A DNA stretch of 64,000 nucleotides from Lama guanicoe (lineage: Eukaryota), in NCBI GenBank assembly GCA_013239625.1, contig MU053629.1:592676-656675 (forward strand). Direction: 5' to 3'. Of the stretch, positions 38,850 to 51,766 are shown piece after piece (the stretch's first letter is position 1; each line of letters starts with the position of its first letter). Below the pieces are notes generated by a model. It was not told the DNA's origin. It was given only the letters and a program-made list of their open reading frames with translations, and searched no databases. The position numbers and the translations under genes are program-made.

Positions 38850-38948
38850 CCTCGACAGACCGTGCTGACCGCTGCCGGGAGCATCGGACAAGCCAGTGGG
38901 GACCTTCTGCGGCAGATTGGAGAGAATGAGACGGATGAGCGCTTCCAA
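38850..38948 (+). CDS. TLN2: TLN2 exon (~16), R1/R2: PRQTVLTAAGSIGQASGDLLRQIGENETDERFQ
   Basis: tttgtag|CCT...CAA|gtaaga; 99 nt. Confidence 0.97.
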
Positions 38949-39325
38949 GTAAGACCCTTGCAGTCCACAGCCTTGGAGTCTAAGTGATGGTCTTAGACTT
39001 GAGCTGGGAGAATCTAATGAAAACCCGAGTCTTCCTTGAGTCTTCCTTTTCCTTCCTTGAAAAAGGTTGAGGTGGATTATCTTAGAGTGTGGTCTTTATG
39101 TGTTAAAGAAAAAAATTTAATTGAAAACCTCATTTCACTTCCTTCATGTGTCTCCAACGTAAAGCACTTAGCTGTTAATAGTGGTCAGCGTGCTTCACTT
39201 TCTTCAAACACAAACACGATGGAATAATGTCATGACCATCTTTATATCAACCACCCAACCTCTACAGTTAGCAACTGTAGCCAGTCTTGTTTTATTTATT
39301 TGGAGCAGTTTTTAACTGCATCATT

Positions 39326-39480
39326 CTTTTTTTAAAAAATATTTTACTTATTTGTTTGTTTACTTTTGTTGGGGGGGGTGTAATTAGGTTTGTTGATTTT
39401 AATGGAGGTACTGGGGATTGAACCTAGGACCTCAGGCATGCTAAGCACACACTCTACCACTGAGCTATATACTCTCCCCC
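39326..39480 (-). mobile_element. tRNA-derived SINE (Vic-1-like, longer tail variant)
   Basis: Same core plus the extension ggggggtgtaattaggtttg and a T-rich tail. Confidence 0.85.
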
Positions 39481-42439
39481 TTTCCGAGTCCCTATAGAAG
39501 AGTGAAAACACGTGCACTCCCATACACTCTGCTCACATATGGTGTCGGCTTTCCTTTGTGTTTGGAGCTGGGCCTCTTGTCTGTGTCATATCCGAAACCA
39601 CAAGTGTGGTGGAGAAGTCTTTTCGGTCTCCCTTCTTTTTCAATACCAAGGACATGTCCTCTGGAGAACAGCTGTAGCCACTGTTTGCAGCCTGGGTTGA
39701 TGCATTTCTGGCTCAGACAAGATCTCAACTTCCTACCTCCATTCCCAGGCCCCGCCGATGGGGGCAGAGGCCTCCTGTCGGGGACCTTCAGGCTGAGGGG
39801 AGCTCCCCTTCTCACATTCTTGTGGGCAGATGCCTTTCACTCCTCTTCCTCCTCCTCCTAAGTCTTAATCTCACCAGTAATATATAAATACATTCTAATT
39901 AAACTGTTACAGTTCAAGCCCAGGTTCTCTGCCAGAGGCCTTTTCCCAAATCCTTTGTCAAGCTGACTGAAAATTCTGCGGAATTCGGAATAAAAAGGTC
40001 ATTCAGCTTTCCATGCACATGCAAGTTGCTTCCTGGGTGGCCGTTCTGCATACTGTTTTGTCTAGAACTCCCAGCCTTCCTCACCACGAGACATGTCAGT
40101 TGCACTAAGACACGATGATGTATGTTGTGATGCATGGATCGTGCACTTTCTCCTCCGCTCTCCGCATTCCTGGGGTGCCAGAGCCCTAGGGCTCATTCAT
40201 ATCCTGCAGTGCAATGAGACCTTCAGTGCAGTGCGGCGTGATGATGGAGGCTGAGACCCATGGTGGGTGGTAGGAGTATTCTGGAAGCCATTCCTGGGAG
40301 CCAGCATGGTTAGTAATAACTTAACTCTGAGCAGAATTAACTGCAGACCACATAAGTATATCCCACTAAACTCAAGCTAGTTGTGTCCCCAACCTGACTT
40401 CCCCCTAGCCGGATCCCCAGACTCCCCTTGCGTGGCCCTTTGCATTTTGCATTAGAACAGGTAATTCTTTGTAGTAATTCTTGGTACCCACTTAGGAATT
40501 GGGTTAATATGAGGTTCATCTCTTGGTTTACTAGGTTTAATTATCTTGAAGCAGTCAACTTATTTTCCAAAGCGTCTGGAAAGATCGAAAGGGAAGTCAC
40601 AGCTCTTCCTTAAGACATCATATATCTTTGTGTGTGTGTGTGTGTTTAAAGAATTCCCTTTTTTTCTTTTTCTTGACACACTGTTTTCATTGCATATAAA
40701 TGCAAACGGTGCCTCCTACTGTCTGCTTCTACTCAGGCCTAGGGAAGCAGGTTCAAGTTCAGGGTAGGGTCCACGGCGGCTTTTGGAACACGGAAAGGCC
40801 TGACCTGAGTGTTCCCCCTTTCCGTAAGGTCTGTAGGTAAACACCAGTGCAGTAAGGCGATCCTACAACCCCCTCCAGCTATGCGGAGCCCCTGACTTAC
40901 TGACATTGGATTTCTTACTCTCTGTTTTTCTGATGCTTGAGATCCTATCTCAGAGCCTTTTCTCGAGGCCTCAATGTCCTGCATGTTCCCAGAGCTAACA
41001 AAGATTGATTTTACTTGAGCTGCATAATGGTGGTCTTGTTGAAAAGTTTGACAAGGGCCTTGTCAGCCACTATAACCATAGCATCACGTCCTTTTTCTAA
41101 GTGTATTTCTTTTTCTTCTGGGACAAAATTAATAGGAGAAGCTGGATTTCTTTAAATAAGGCTAACAAAGCCCCTTAGAACAGTCAGGAGTCCACATGAC
41201 CAAATTATGATTCCCGTCAAGTGAAGGAATACTGTGACCCACTTTTGAAGACTTGTTTTTAAAATCTTTTTCATCATTTGTGATACTCAAGTTTTATTTT
41301 CACCGAGCACTGAGATAGGTGTCCAGAAACTAACTTTGGAGGCCATGCTGGGAACAGTTTCTAAAAGTTGTGTGACAGACGAGCGCCAGACAGATCCCAA
41401 AGGCACCTGCCACTCTTGGTACATAGGATGTGCTTTTTTCCTTGAACAGCCAGTAAGTATCAGAGACCTGAAAAAGACTGGGCTGACCTGTTCTTTCAGG
41501 CTGCTTCATTGTTGTCCATTTTAAAATCTTGCTTGGTAGATTCGTGGTTTCTCACTTGCCTGGATAACATACAGTCGTTGCTCTGTGTAGAACTGTACAA
41601 TCTTTCCAGTATATCTTCTCATAAAATATCGTGTTGTAAAGACTCTGTGGGTGCCCTTTGCATTCGGAATCAAAAGTGCTTTTCATTATCTGATGAATTA
41701 ATAAAGACTTCTGACCGCATTTCCTCTGGGAGAAAGCCATGACATGCTGGTTCAAAATAAAAATAGCTCGTATGTTTCGGAAGGCATTTGCAAACCAAAT
41801 AAATTACCTTCAGTATTAAAAGCCAAGGATTGAATTAAATGTAGCAATGGTGATTTTTCAGGTCACACAGACGGGTGACAATCAGGTGAGCTAAGTCATA
41901 GGATTCTCCATCCTGCAGGCAGAAAGCCTTTTTTGTTGAGTTGAAGCATAAACTGATCTTTAAAGGCTCGGAGCTCCTCACATCTTCAGTGAGGTCTTCT
42001 TGTAGCTGGTTTATTTATGTAGGCTCCCTTTCCCATTTTCATAATAATGAATCTCCAACCAGAAGGCTGCTGCAAAGCACTGAGAATGACTTATGTTCAG
42101 AGCATTCCTGGACGCTTGAGCGGGAGGTGTTGTCTGTGCGTGTTCAACGTTGCCCTCTGGAGGCTGAGATGTGGCTGAATTTCTGATGACAACTTGGATC
42201 CCTGTGCAAAGGAGAAACTCGAAAGACAGATCTCTAAGTTAAAGTAGGGGCATGGCGACATGCAGGCGATGAATGATATCCTTGCTACAGCTCAGGATGT
42301 GTGTTTTCAGCTTCTGCTGACCTCCCACGTATTCAGGAGACGTGGTCAAGACCCTCAGTGTTGGATAAATGCACAAAAATAAATCAGTGGTTAAAGTAAA
42401 AGCCCTTCCCCCAAGTTAACATATTTTTTAAAGTTTTTA

Positions 42440-42572
42440 CTTTTTAAAAAAATTGGAGGGGAAGGTAATTGGGTTTTATTTGTTTGTTTATTTTAATGGA
42501 GCTACCGGGGATTGAACTCAGGACCTCTTGCACGCTAAGCACACACACTACCTCTGAGCTATACCCTCCCCT
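42440..42572 (-). mobile_element. tRNA-derived SINE (Vic-1-like, longer tail variant)
   Basis: ggggaaggtaattgggtttt...ggattgaactcaggacc...ctgagctataccctcccc. Confidence 0.85.
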
Positions 42573-42823
42573 CATATTTTAGATGAAGCCTGTGCTACTA
42601 AATGTATAGAAGGTTGTGTTGTTAGGATGTGAATCTCCTTCCTTAATGAGCTCTCAGGATAACTTGGCATTTCAGAAAAATTAGTGGAAAAAATTAAGTA
42701 CTGAAGGAAAAAGTTCAAATGAAACTTTAATAAAATGTTTCAGTGGACACCACACTTTATTTTCAGGCTGTGAAGGGTGATTAGGAAAATAAAAATGACT
42801 ATTTTTTGTTTCCTTTTTCTTAG

Positions 42824-42991
42824 GATGTTTTAATGAGTTTGGCCAAAGCCGTTGCCAATGCAGCCGCCATGTTGGTACTAAAGGCAAAGAATGTTGCCCA
42901 AGTGGCTGAAGACACGGTCCTGCAGAACAGGGTGATTGCCGCCGCCACCCAGTGCGCCCTCTCCACCTCCCAGCTTGTGGCCTGTGCCAAG
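42824..42991 (+). CDS. TLN2: TLN2 exon (~17), R2: DVLMSLAKAVANAAAMLVLKAKNVAQVAEDTVLQNRVIAAATQCALSTSQLVACAK
   Basis: ttcttag|GAT...AAG|gtaagc; 168 nt. Confidence 0.97.
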
Positions 42992-44207
42992 GTAAGCCAG
43001 CTGGCACCCCGGCCCTTTCATAAGGGGTCACATGCTCTTATCTGCCTCCAGTCATTGGGAGGAACCCAGGGGAGAATGTGTTAAAAATTGCCTAAGACTT
43101 AGAGCTTGTTTGCTTCGATATCTTTAGGTGACATGACAGGACTTTAGCACAAGCTGTCCAGTTCTGCTTTCATCCTTTGTTCTTTGCTCAAGTCCTCAGG
43201 CAGTGGTACATTCCTACATCTAATTGCCATTTCTACGTGCAAATCGCCGTGCTTCCCCTTTGGGCTTCTCACCGTGTCTTTTTCACACCTGTGCACAAAG
43301 AGCCCTTGGACTGTGCAGTACAGCATTGCAAATGGGGTCATAACAATCTGCAGAGATCACGGGAGCCCTTTCTACACTGCACAGTATCAGAATGAGGATA
43401 ACAAGGAGGAAGTTCATGGTTGCCCGTTAGGATGTGCACACTCCGCATAGTACGTCACCTCGTTCAGCACTGCCATCCCCATTTTCCTGAAGAGGAAACT
43501 GAGGCCTTTAGATGTTAGTGAGTAGATTGCAGCCACCAGATCCTAAGCAGCAGAAGTGCAGTTGCAACTCAGGCCACTCTGACTTGAGATGCCCTTTCCT
43601 CTCCACCACATGTGTCTTTGCTGAGACGATGCATTGCGGGATGGGAGGCATCTCTTTCTCAACCTGATAACATAACATTGAACCGATCTGTGATCTGGTT
43701 CAGCCTGGCATTTCCAGTCGTCTGGGAGCATTTGCAACATCAATCAAAGGGGTCATTGATGGTCTTCCTCCTGCTTTCCTTGTTCACTGTCCGAGTAGCA
43801 CAGATTGCTGACAACACCCCCCTGTTCTTTCAAGTACCATCGGGCAGAGTTGTAGGAAATACAGTACATTCCTAGATATATAAAAATACGTAATTCTTTT
43901 ACATAGTCTTTTTATCTTAGCTCCGAAGACTCAATTCAGAGTGTCCTAAGAGGAGGAGGTATAAATGGTAAATATCAGAGATTCGTCTCTGTAGAAGTAG
44001 TCAGCAGTATCGATGGTCATGGAGCACTAATGAAGATGAAAGTTAGTGGGAAAATCACCAAAACAGTGAAATGGTGAAGTATGAGAAACCTCTGCACTGG
44101 TTTAGTTTAATTCCTGGTCCTATAAGTAAGAGCGTGAAAGGAGGTGCTGGAAATGCTAGCCCAGAGTCATCCCGCAGCACCCAAGACCCGCTCCTGTCTC
44201 GCTTCAG

Positions 44208-44502
44208 GTCGTGAGCCCCACCATCAGCTCCCCTGTGTGCCAGGAGCAGCTGATTGAAGCAGGGAAGCTTGTGGACCGCTCAGTGGAGAACTGTGTCCGC
44301 GCCTGCCAGGCGGCCACCGACGACAGCGAGCTGCTGAAGCAGGTCAGCGCGGCGGCCAGTGTGGTCAGCCAGGCCCTCCATGACCTCCTGCAACACGTGC
44401 GGCAGTTTGCCAGCCGAGGCGAGCCCATCGGCCGCTACGACCAGGCCACCGACACCATCATGTGTGTCACCGAGAGCATCTTCAGCTCCATGGGCGATGC
44501 TG
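44208..44502 (+). CDS. TLN2: TLN2 exon (~18), R2/R3: VVSPTISSPVCQEQLIEAGK...TESIFSSMGDA(G)
   Basis: gcttcag|GTC...G|gtgagg; 295 nt, phase 0 to 1. Confidence 0.97.
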
Positions 44503-44799
44503 GTGAGGGGCTGGGCTGTGGGTGGGCCGGTGGGTTTGGGGTTCCCCAATGGTGGGACTGTGAGTGAGTAAAGGTCAGAGACCTCCTCCCTGAGGCTGGG
44601 AAAAAGATGCAAGTGTCCTCATGTGCCCATCCCAGCAACACTGGAAGACTTAATGTTAACAAGGGCTTTTTCTTTCAATAATTTGGGTACACCGAAAATC
44701 CCTTTTGTTCCAAGAATGTCCTTGTTGGATATGGTGTAAAGTTGGTGCAGCCACGGGAGGAGGAAAGAATGAGGATTGAAAGGAAATTTATTATACTCA

Positions 44800-44960
44800 C
44801 AGAGAGAGAGAGAGAGATAAAATATATAATAATATACATATAATATATATAGCATAATATATAATTAATAGTACATAATAAATATATAGCTATTATATAT
44901 AGTTATTATATATATAATATAATATAATATATATAATGCACCTTTTATATTAATTAAAAA
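44800..44960. repeat. (GA)n plus AT-rich low-complexity tract
   Basis: Directly visible. Confidence 0.85.
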
Positions 44961-46859
44961 TTAAGTCTCTCCAGACCCAGTGTATCACTGTCCCATCTTA
45001 ATCTCTAGAATTGACCGCTTACCAATTTGTTTCATGTGTCCAGAAATGTTTAATCTTCCTACTGATATATGTGTGTATAACATCCTCTTTCATTTCATAT
45101 AAGTGGAATTTTGTTCCACATACTCTTTTGCAATCTTTTTCACTGAATACATTAGAAAGTTTTTTCTGTTGACTTATGCACTAATCTTTTTCTTGGCAGC
45201 ATAGTACTCTAGTCACAGGACACATCATAATCTACAAAGTCAGTTGTCTTTTAATGGACATTTAGGTGGTTTCCAAGTATTTGTTTTACAAAAATATTGT
45301 TACAGTAACCATTCTTGTAAAAATATCTTGATTTACTTTGGGGAGTATGTGTAGGATAAATTCCCATCAGTTGATTTGTGGGCCAGTAACTATGTACATT
45401 TTTTTCTTTTAAACATGTCTGAAATTTTTCTCCAGAAAGGTTCTGCAGTTGGCAACCTACCAGTCATTTGTAAGAGGTCTGCTTTTCTGCTTCCTTATCA
45501 GCACAGAGCAATACTTTATAACCAGTATTTTTTTTTATTGAAATACCATCAGTTATAATGTGTCAGTTTCTGGTGTACAGCACCATGTCCCAGTCATGCA
45601 TATACATACATATATTCGTTTTCATATTCTTTTTCATTAAAGGTATAACTAGTATTTTTTTTTAAAGAAAATTACCTGTGTTTTTCTCTATCCTTAAATG
45701 CTTTAAGAAGATGGCAGGACTCCACCCATTTGGATTTTTTTGTGTTCTTTTGTTTTTGGTTTCTTTCATAAACTTTTTATCATGGAATGTTTTTAAATTT
45801 ACAGAAAAGTTGCTGGGGAAATAGAGTTCTCCTGTACCCTTCCCAGTTTGTCCCACTGTTAACATCTCGCCTGGCCCTGCAGCACGTTGGTCAGAACTGG
45901 GAGATGAACATCAGTTACCTTACTGGTCACCAAGCCACAAACGTTACTTGGATGTCACCAGTGTTTCACTGATGCCCTTTCACTGTCCCAAGATCCAATC
46001 CAGGGTGCCTTGAATTGAGCACATTTGGATTTTTATGAAAGTTTTTTCCTCCGTTCATGTTAACAGTGCTTTGGCATTCTTCGCAAATGACGTTTGGGAG
46101 AGGAAGTTCCTTGTATTTGAATAGTTTTATTTTTACTGTTGATTATGGTACCCCTCCCACTTCCAAAAGGAAACTGAAATAGATTTCAATAAAAATCACG
46201 GTTACTAGTAGCAGTTACTAAAACAAGATCAAACCCAGTGCTGGGAAGAAAAGGGTGAGCAAAGAGAAGATTGATAGGGAAGCTGGGCCCAGGCCAGTCT
46301 CAGCGTTTGAGTGTGAAACTGGGGTCTGTGCTTCCTGGGAGCCAGAGCCAAATGAGCAAGCAGAGTGGGTCTGTGATGCCACTCAGCGGGTGTTAGGCAG
46401 CATGCAGACTGACTCAAAACGAAAACACAGTTTTTCTGTGCACGTTACTCACAGGGCTTATTATAGGGGCTTTTGTGTAAGCCGTTCTTGACGTGAGGTA
46501 AATAATATTTTCTATGTAAGTATTTACTACACGTAAAATGCACATAATAAATCCGCATAATCTTGTTCCCTGCCTTCTCTTTATAAAAGGTTCCTCTTGG
46601 GTTGCTTCTGTCATTTTCGTCCCACACAGTTCAAGACTGAACTTGGATGTGTGCGGGGTGGACGGTCCTGGCAGCCGTGGGGAATATTCTTGGTTCTGGA
46701 TCTGATTTGGCCGCATGGCTTAGGAACGGAGCTGGGAGGCCCATTTCTCTTCGTCCCTTTTGCCAGAGGAATATAGACAAGACCGTGCTGGCTGCTGCCG
46801 TTTCACCCGCGCTTTGGGAAAGCAGACAGACAGACTGCATCCTCTGTCCCACCCTCTAG

Positions 46860-47026
46860 GTGAGATGGTGCGCCAGGCCCGGGTCCTGGCTCAGGCCACC
46901 TCGGACCTTGTCAACGCCATGAGGTCAGATGCGGAAGCAGAAATCGACATGGAGAACTCAAAGAAGCTTCTGGCAGCAGCAAAACTCTTGGCTGACTCCA
47001 CTGCTCGCATGGTGGAGGCTGCAAAG
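46860..47026 (+). CDS. TLN2: TLN2 exon (~19), R3: EMVRQARVLAQATSDLVNAMRSDAEAEIDMENSKKLLAAAKLLADSTARMVEAAK
   Basis: cctctag|GT...AAG|gtaatg; 167 nt, phase 1 to 0. Confidence 0.97.
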
Positions 47027-47658
47027 GTAATGCATTGGATGTATTTGATTAAAAAGTGAACATTTTTGAAACTGAGGATTTGGAAGTTACCTTCAAGATA
47101 GAGGATGGTCAGCCAAGTGTGCGTTTTTGTTTAAACTCTGTATGACTTTGTAATGTTTAACCTTCTTCAAGTGGAAAAGAGGAAGGTCCTAGAACGTGTG
47201 AATGAAGCTCCTTAGGGGAGTGGTGCTGACTCAGGCATAGACAGCAGTCCCTGCTTGGCGAGCACTCTTTCCATTGAGTCATCGCCGTTGGCTTTATTGA
47301 AAATGGTGATTAATTTAAGCTTGAGCTTTTTCAGCAGTAAATTCAGTTAGACCTGTTTTCTTCTTGCAGCCTTGATATGACTTTGCCCTCCACTTGACTT
47401 CTTAAGATGTTGCGTAGTAGGGTATTTCCTGCTTCACTGTTACCCAAACCCCAGTAGCAATTTTAAATATTATAGAAGAGTTTGAATAGAGTTAACAGTC
47501 AGCTTTGTGCTTTTTGACAGCTATGCTGTGTCATAATATGTCTAAACCCCAGTGATTCTTAACCCAGGGCTGTTTCCCAGTGCCCTGTGAACCTTACTGA
47601 AGTACACATGCCTTAATTCTACCTCCAAACGTCCTGACTTACCAGGTTGCTGGTGGGT

Positions 47659-47661
<3 letters not shown>

Positions 47662-47700
<39 letters not shown>
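47662..47700 (+). repeat. (TG)n microsatellite inside a MER5-like element (~47550-47720)
   Basis: Perfect TG run of about 19 units; other TG runs at 3901-3939 and 40629-40644. Confidence 0.9.
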
Positions 47701-47702
<2 letters not shown>

Positions 47703-50258
47703 CACAGAAGATTGTGATGCCTACCTCTGGGTGAGAACTGTTTAAATGGATAAGGCTGTATTTTTTAGTTTTGTTTTTATTATGCAGTTAGCACATGTTA
47801 CTTGTGAAATGAATAGAAAATGCAGGTAAGTGTAACAACGAAGGTAAAAATCACTTTCAACTTCATATGCGTAAGATAACATGATCAATGTATTTCCGTG
47901 CATTTCAAGTTCGTTAAACTTCCCCACATCTTATCCTTTCTCCATGGCCTCCAACAGAACAGTAATGTATCTCAACCAAGTGTATGAATGGCTTCACTTA
48001 CAGTGGTGACCTGCAGTGAGCCATGTAAACCTTCCTCCTCATCTGACACATCATTGTGTTACCTGAGGGTCTGAGGGCTCTTAGAGAAATGTCACGGCTG
48101 GGGCTGAAGACATACCCAAGGAGGGGCAGGCTCTGAACTTCCTTCTTCTGTCCTTGATCCCCATTTCAGCTAAGAAGCTCTGCTCCTGACGATCCCTTTT
48201 AGCAAAAATACACATTAAGGTTTTGATTTACAGTTAATTTTTTTAAAGGTTTTTACTAGTTTTGTTTCTTTTTTTCCCCTCCTTCTAAGTCTAAACAAAA
48301 CCATTTCAAACAAACCCTTATAGTGACAGAAACTACTTGCTAGGCTGGAAAGAACCTTACTGAAAAATGCAGTCTGTCTCGTTTTTTTAACAAATGAGAA
48401 AATTAAAACTCTGAAGGATGAAGCCTACCATCCCATAACCAGGACGAGCCAGGACCAGTGTGCACATTTCTGTCCAGATATGTGGTGCTCCCCAGAGCAA
48501 TTCACTGCATGTACCAAGTTACCAAGAACTTTTAAGTATTTGTTATTTTTGATTGTTTATATTAGAAGGGACAGCACTGGGTGTTTCTGTAAATTCTTCT
48601 AACTTTTTAGTTAAAAGCTGTCACTTTGTCTTCATGGTAGTATTTTAGTTTGCTGAATTCTGTTGAAAGATAAAGAATGCATGATGGTTAGACTTCCAAA
48701 AATGTATTTAGCGTGAAGAAAAAAGATATTTCATTATCAGTAACTAAGATTTCATGCCAAGATAAGTACCCCATATGTAATGCACATTCATTATGAAAAA
48801 GACATTGCTGAGGAAGGATCCAGACACCCACATCAGTGTAAAGTGTGGAAATGGTGGTTCCCTGCTGCTCGAAACACACAATTAAGGCTGGTGTGCCACT
48901 TGAGGAATTAATAAAGGAGTAGCTTTTTAAAATCCCTGATAACCAGAAAAAATAAAATGACATTCATAAACCTGCAGAAGAACACAAAAGGAGCCCAAAC
49001 AATCCTTTCACACATGAAATGCAAAAATATCATTTCTTAGTTGCTTAGAAACACAAAATCGGGACTACTAAAAGTGGTTTCAGTTTGAAAGAAGAGAAGA
49101 TTCCATCCAAGAGGATTGATTGCCAAGACAATTCTGTCACAGATGTTAAAACTGTTATTCAGTGTGAATTCCTGTGACATTTATAAATACCGTGGTTGAA
49201 AGAGATAGGTTTTTTTTGCAAATTGGTAAATTTGGCAGGGTGGCCATATGGAAAATGGAGATGTTCAGGAAATTGATTTTCAATAATTGGCATTTCGTTC
49301 TGCCTTGCAAGCAAATGTTATTGCCCAAAAGCGTTCATGGAAAGAATTTTGTTCATCAACCTACATCAAGTGCTGGTCACAGAGCATCCAGGTCTTGTGA
49401 GAAGAACCTTCATTGTTGCTTTTATTGTAGATGGAGGTGGATGGCTGGATGTGCTTTAGGTTTTGTTGAGTTATTGTGCAGCAAAATAATATCCTGTCCC
49501 TACTTTACCTTTAGCCCTTCCCATCTCCAAAATGCCACTCATCTGAGTAAAATCCACTTGGATTCCTAACACGGTTTAATCTACAACAACACAATAAAAG
49601 GGCCGTGGAGTTATACAAGGGAAGCGTGGCCATCGGCTGTGCACAACACCCTCCTCTCTCCCTGACAGGACAGGGGCATCGATTTCTCTCATTTCTTCCG
49701 TACAGTTGGGTACTTGGCTCCTTAGGAATGCAGCTTCTAGACTGGTCTTTCTTGAACAACATTGCCTTATAGAAATTTGGGTGGCATTCCCATCCCCGCT
49801 CCTCCCTCCACCCCGGCCCCCGTGTGAAGCTGTAATCTTGGTCCATTCTCATTCACCAGTGCTGCAGGACACAAGAGTCTTTCAGCAACACGTGTACTCC
49901 AATTAAAATAAAATTCCACCCGAGATGTGGGCAGGAGGGAGATCTAGCTTAACATCTTTTAAACCATGGCTTTTTGACCACAAGTTAATTTATATGTACG
50001 ACAAAGGCTGTGATCTCAAGTGTTTAATTATTACCATTACACTTCCCCTGTTTAGCTGTGCACTTTTGAAACATCCCCTGGTAGATCTTGGTTTGTTGTG
50101 AGAGGAAACATCTTTATCATAAAGATACTGCTTGGAGCGTTTGGCTCTCTCTTCCAGAGACTTGGTATTCCTAGGAAAAAGTAAAATTGAAGGTGTAAAT
50201 TCAGTGTCTGTGGCATGCTGCCCCTTGGACCTCTTAATTTTTCTTTTCACCTTCACAG

Positions 50259-50387
50259 GGGGCTGCAGCCAACCCTGAGAACGAGGACCAGCAGCAAAGA
50301 CTGAGGGAGGCTGCAGAAGGTCTCCGGGTGGCCACCAACGCTGCGGCCCAGAATGCTATTAAGAAAAAAATCGTCAATCGACTGGAG
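50259..50387 (+). CDS. TLN2: TLN2 exon (~20), R3/R4: GAAANPENEDQQQRLREAAEGLRVATNAAAQNAIKKKIVNRLE
   Basis: ttcacag|GGG...GAG|gtcaat; 129 nt; not represented in the ORF track. Confidence 0.95.
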
Positions 50388-50895
50388 GTCAATAAAGAGG
50401 CTCGTTTTGTGGGTTTTAGATCACAGAGTCCACTGAAAGAGTAGTCGAAGTAATAAGGCGATGCCCGTACAAGGCTTCCTGTGTGTTTGGTGGGAGGAAA
50501 GGCCTGAGCACCAGCATTTGTGCCTGGTGTTTAGCCCAGAGAGCAGCCCGTGCTTGTGAGAGCAGTTTTTTTTCCTGAAATATTTAGACTTGGTGCTGCT
50601 TATCAGTGCCATCATGGTCTTGGGACTTGTCCCATGTCTGTTTGAGAAAGACAAGTGAACATGGGAACTTGAGCGTTCAAGCCTGCCTGTCTTTATCACT
50701 CGTCCTGCAGGAGACAACAGGGCGTTGCTAGGCTAGGGTGTCAGTGGTACTTAAAGGGCGAGCCTTGTGCTGGGGACTCCCCTTTCTTGCAGCTAGCCAG
50801 CGCCCCCCTTTAGTGGAAGGGACATAGGTCAACATGCACGTGTGTGTGTTTGCACATGTGAACCCTGGCTCACCTCCTCTCACTGTCCTCCCCAG

Positions 50896-51009
50896 GTTGC
50901 AGCCAAGCAGGCCGCAGCTGCAGCCACGCAGACCATCGCTGCCTCTCAGAACGCGGCCGTGTCCAACAAGAACCCCGCGGCCCAGCAGCAGCTGGTCCAG
51001 AGCTGCAAG
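50896..51009 (+). CDS. TLN2: TLN2 exon (~21), R4: VAAKQAAAAATQTIAASQNAAVSNKNPAAQQQLVQSCK
   Basis: ctccccag|GTT...AAG|gtgagg; 114 nt. Confidence 0.97.
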
Positions 51010-51652
51010 GTGAGGTTCCGGCTGCCAGAAGGCCAGGTTTGCTCTCAAAGACCCTGATAGCATTAGAGCTCCCAGCACCCCTGTAATTCGATTAAGACTG
51101 ATCAGCCAGGCCCCTAATCCGGTTTGTTCCGGCTCCTGTGTTCCAGGTGTACACACACATCTGGTTTTTGTCTGTTAAATGGATGGCTTGTGTTTGGAAA
51201 GAGCATGATGTTTTTCCCAGCATTGTCTTTGCTTTGTCTAGATTCTTTCCTTTCTTTTTGAGAGCCCGAATCAAGAAGGATCAATGACAAAGCCATTTTC
51301 GGGCTCTGAAATAGGAATGAGGCATTGAATTTCCAGAGTGCCTCCCTCCCCTTGAGTGGTGGCCTTTGCATTCAGTGTTGACTCGTCGAACGGGTGATTT
51401 CCTGCTTTGCAGGTCCCCTTTGGGACCAAAGGGCGGAGTGTGTGTGGGAGGAGCCTGCTCAGAGACGCTGTGTTGGAACTCAGTGTTGGCCAGGACCCCG
51501 CTGGCTGAGGCTGCTGCGTGAATCCGAGGTCTGAGCGACGGCACATCCACAGAACATTAGCACCTGGGCATTCCCCCCTCCCCGCCCCTCCCCAGGTTTG
51601 GTAATTCACCACCCAGGTTGTGCTCAGTTCTCATTTTCCTTGCTTTCTGTAG

Positions 51653-51766
51653 GCAGTGGCTGATCACATTCCTCAGCTGGTCCAGGGGGTCAGGGGGAGC
51701 CAAGCCCAAGCAGAAGACCTCAGTGCCCAGCTAGCTCTCATCATCTCCAGCCAGAACTTTCTCCAG
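51653..51766 (+). CDS. TLN2: TLN2 exon (~22), R4: AVADHIPQLVQGVRGSQAQAEDLSAQLALIISSQNFLQ
   Basis: ttctgtag|GCA...CAG|gtaaca; 114 nt. Confidence 0.97.
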
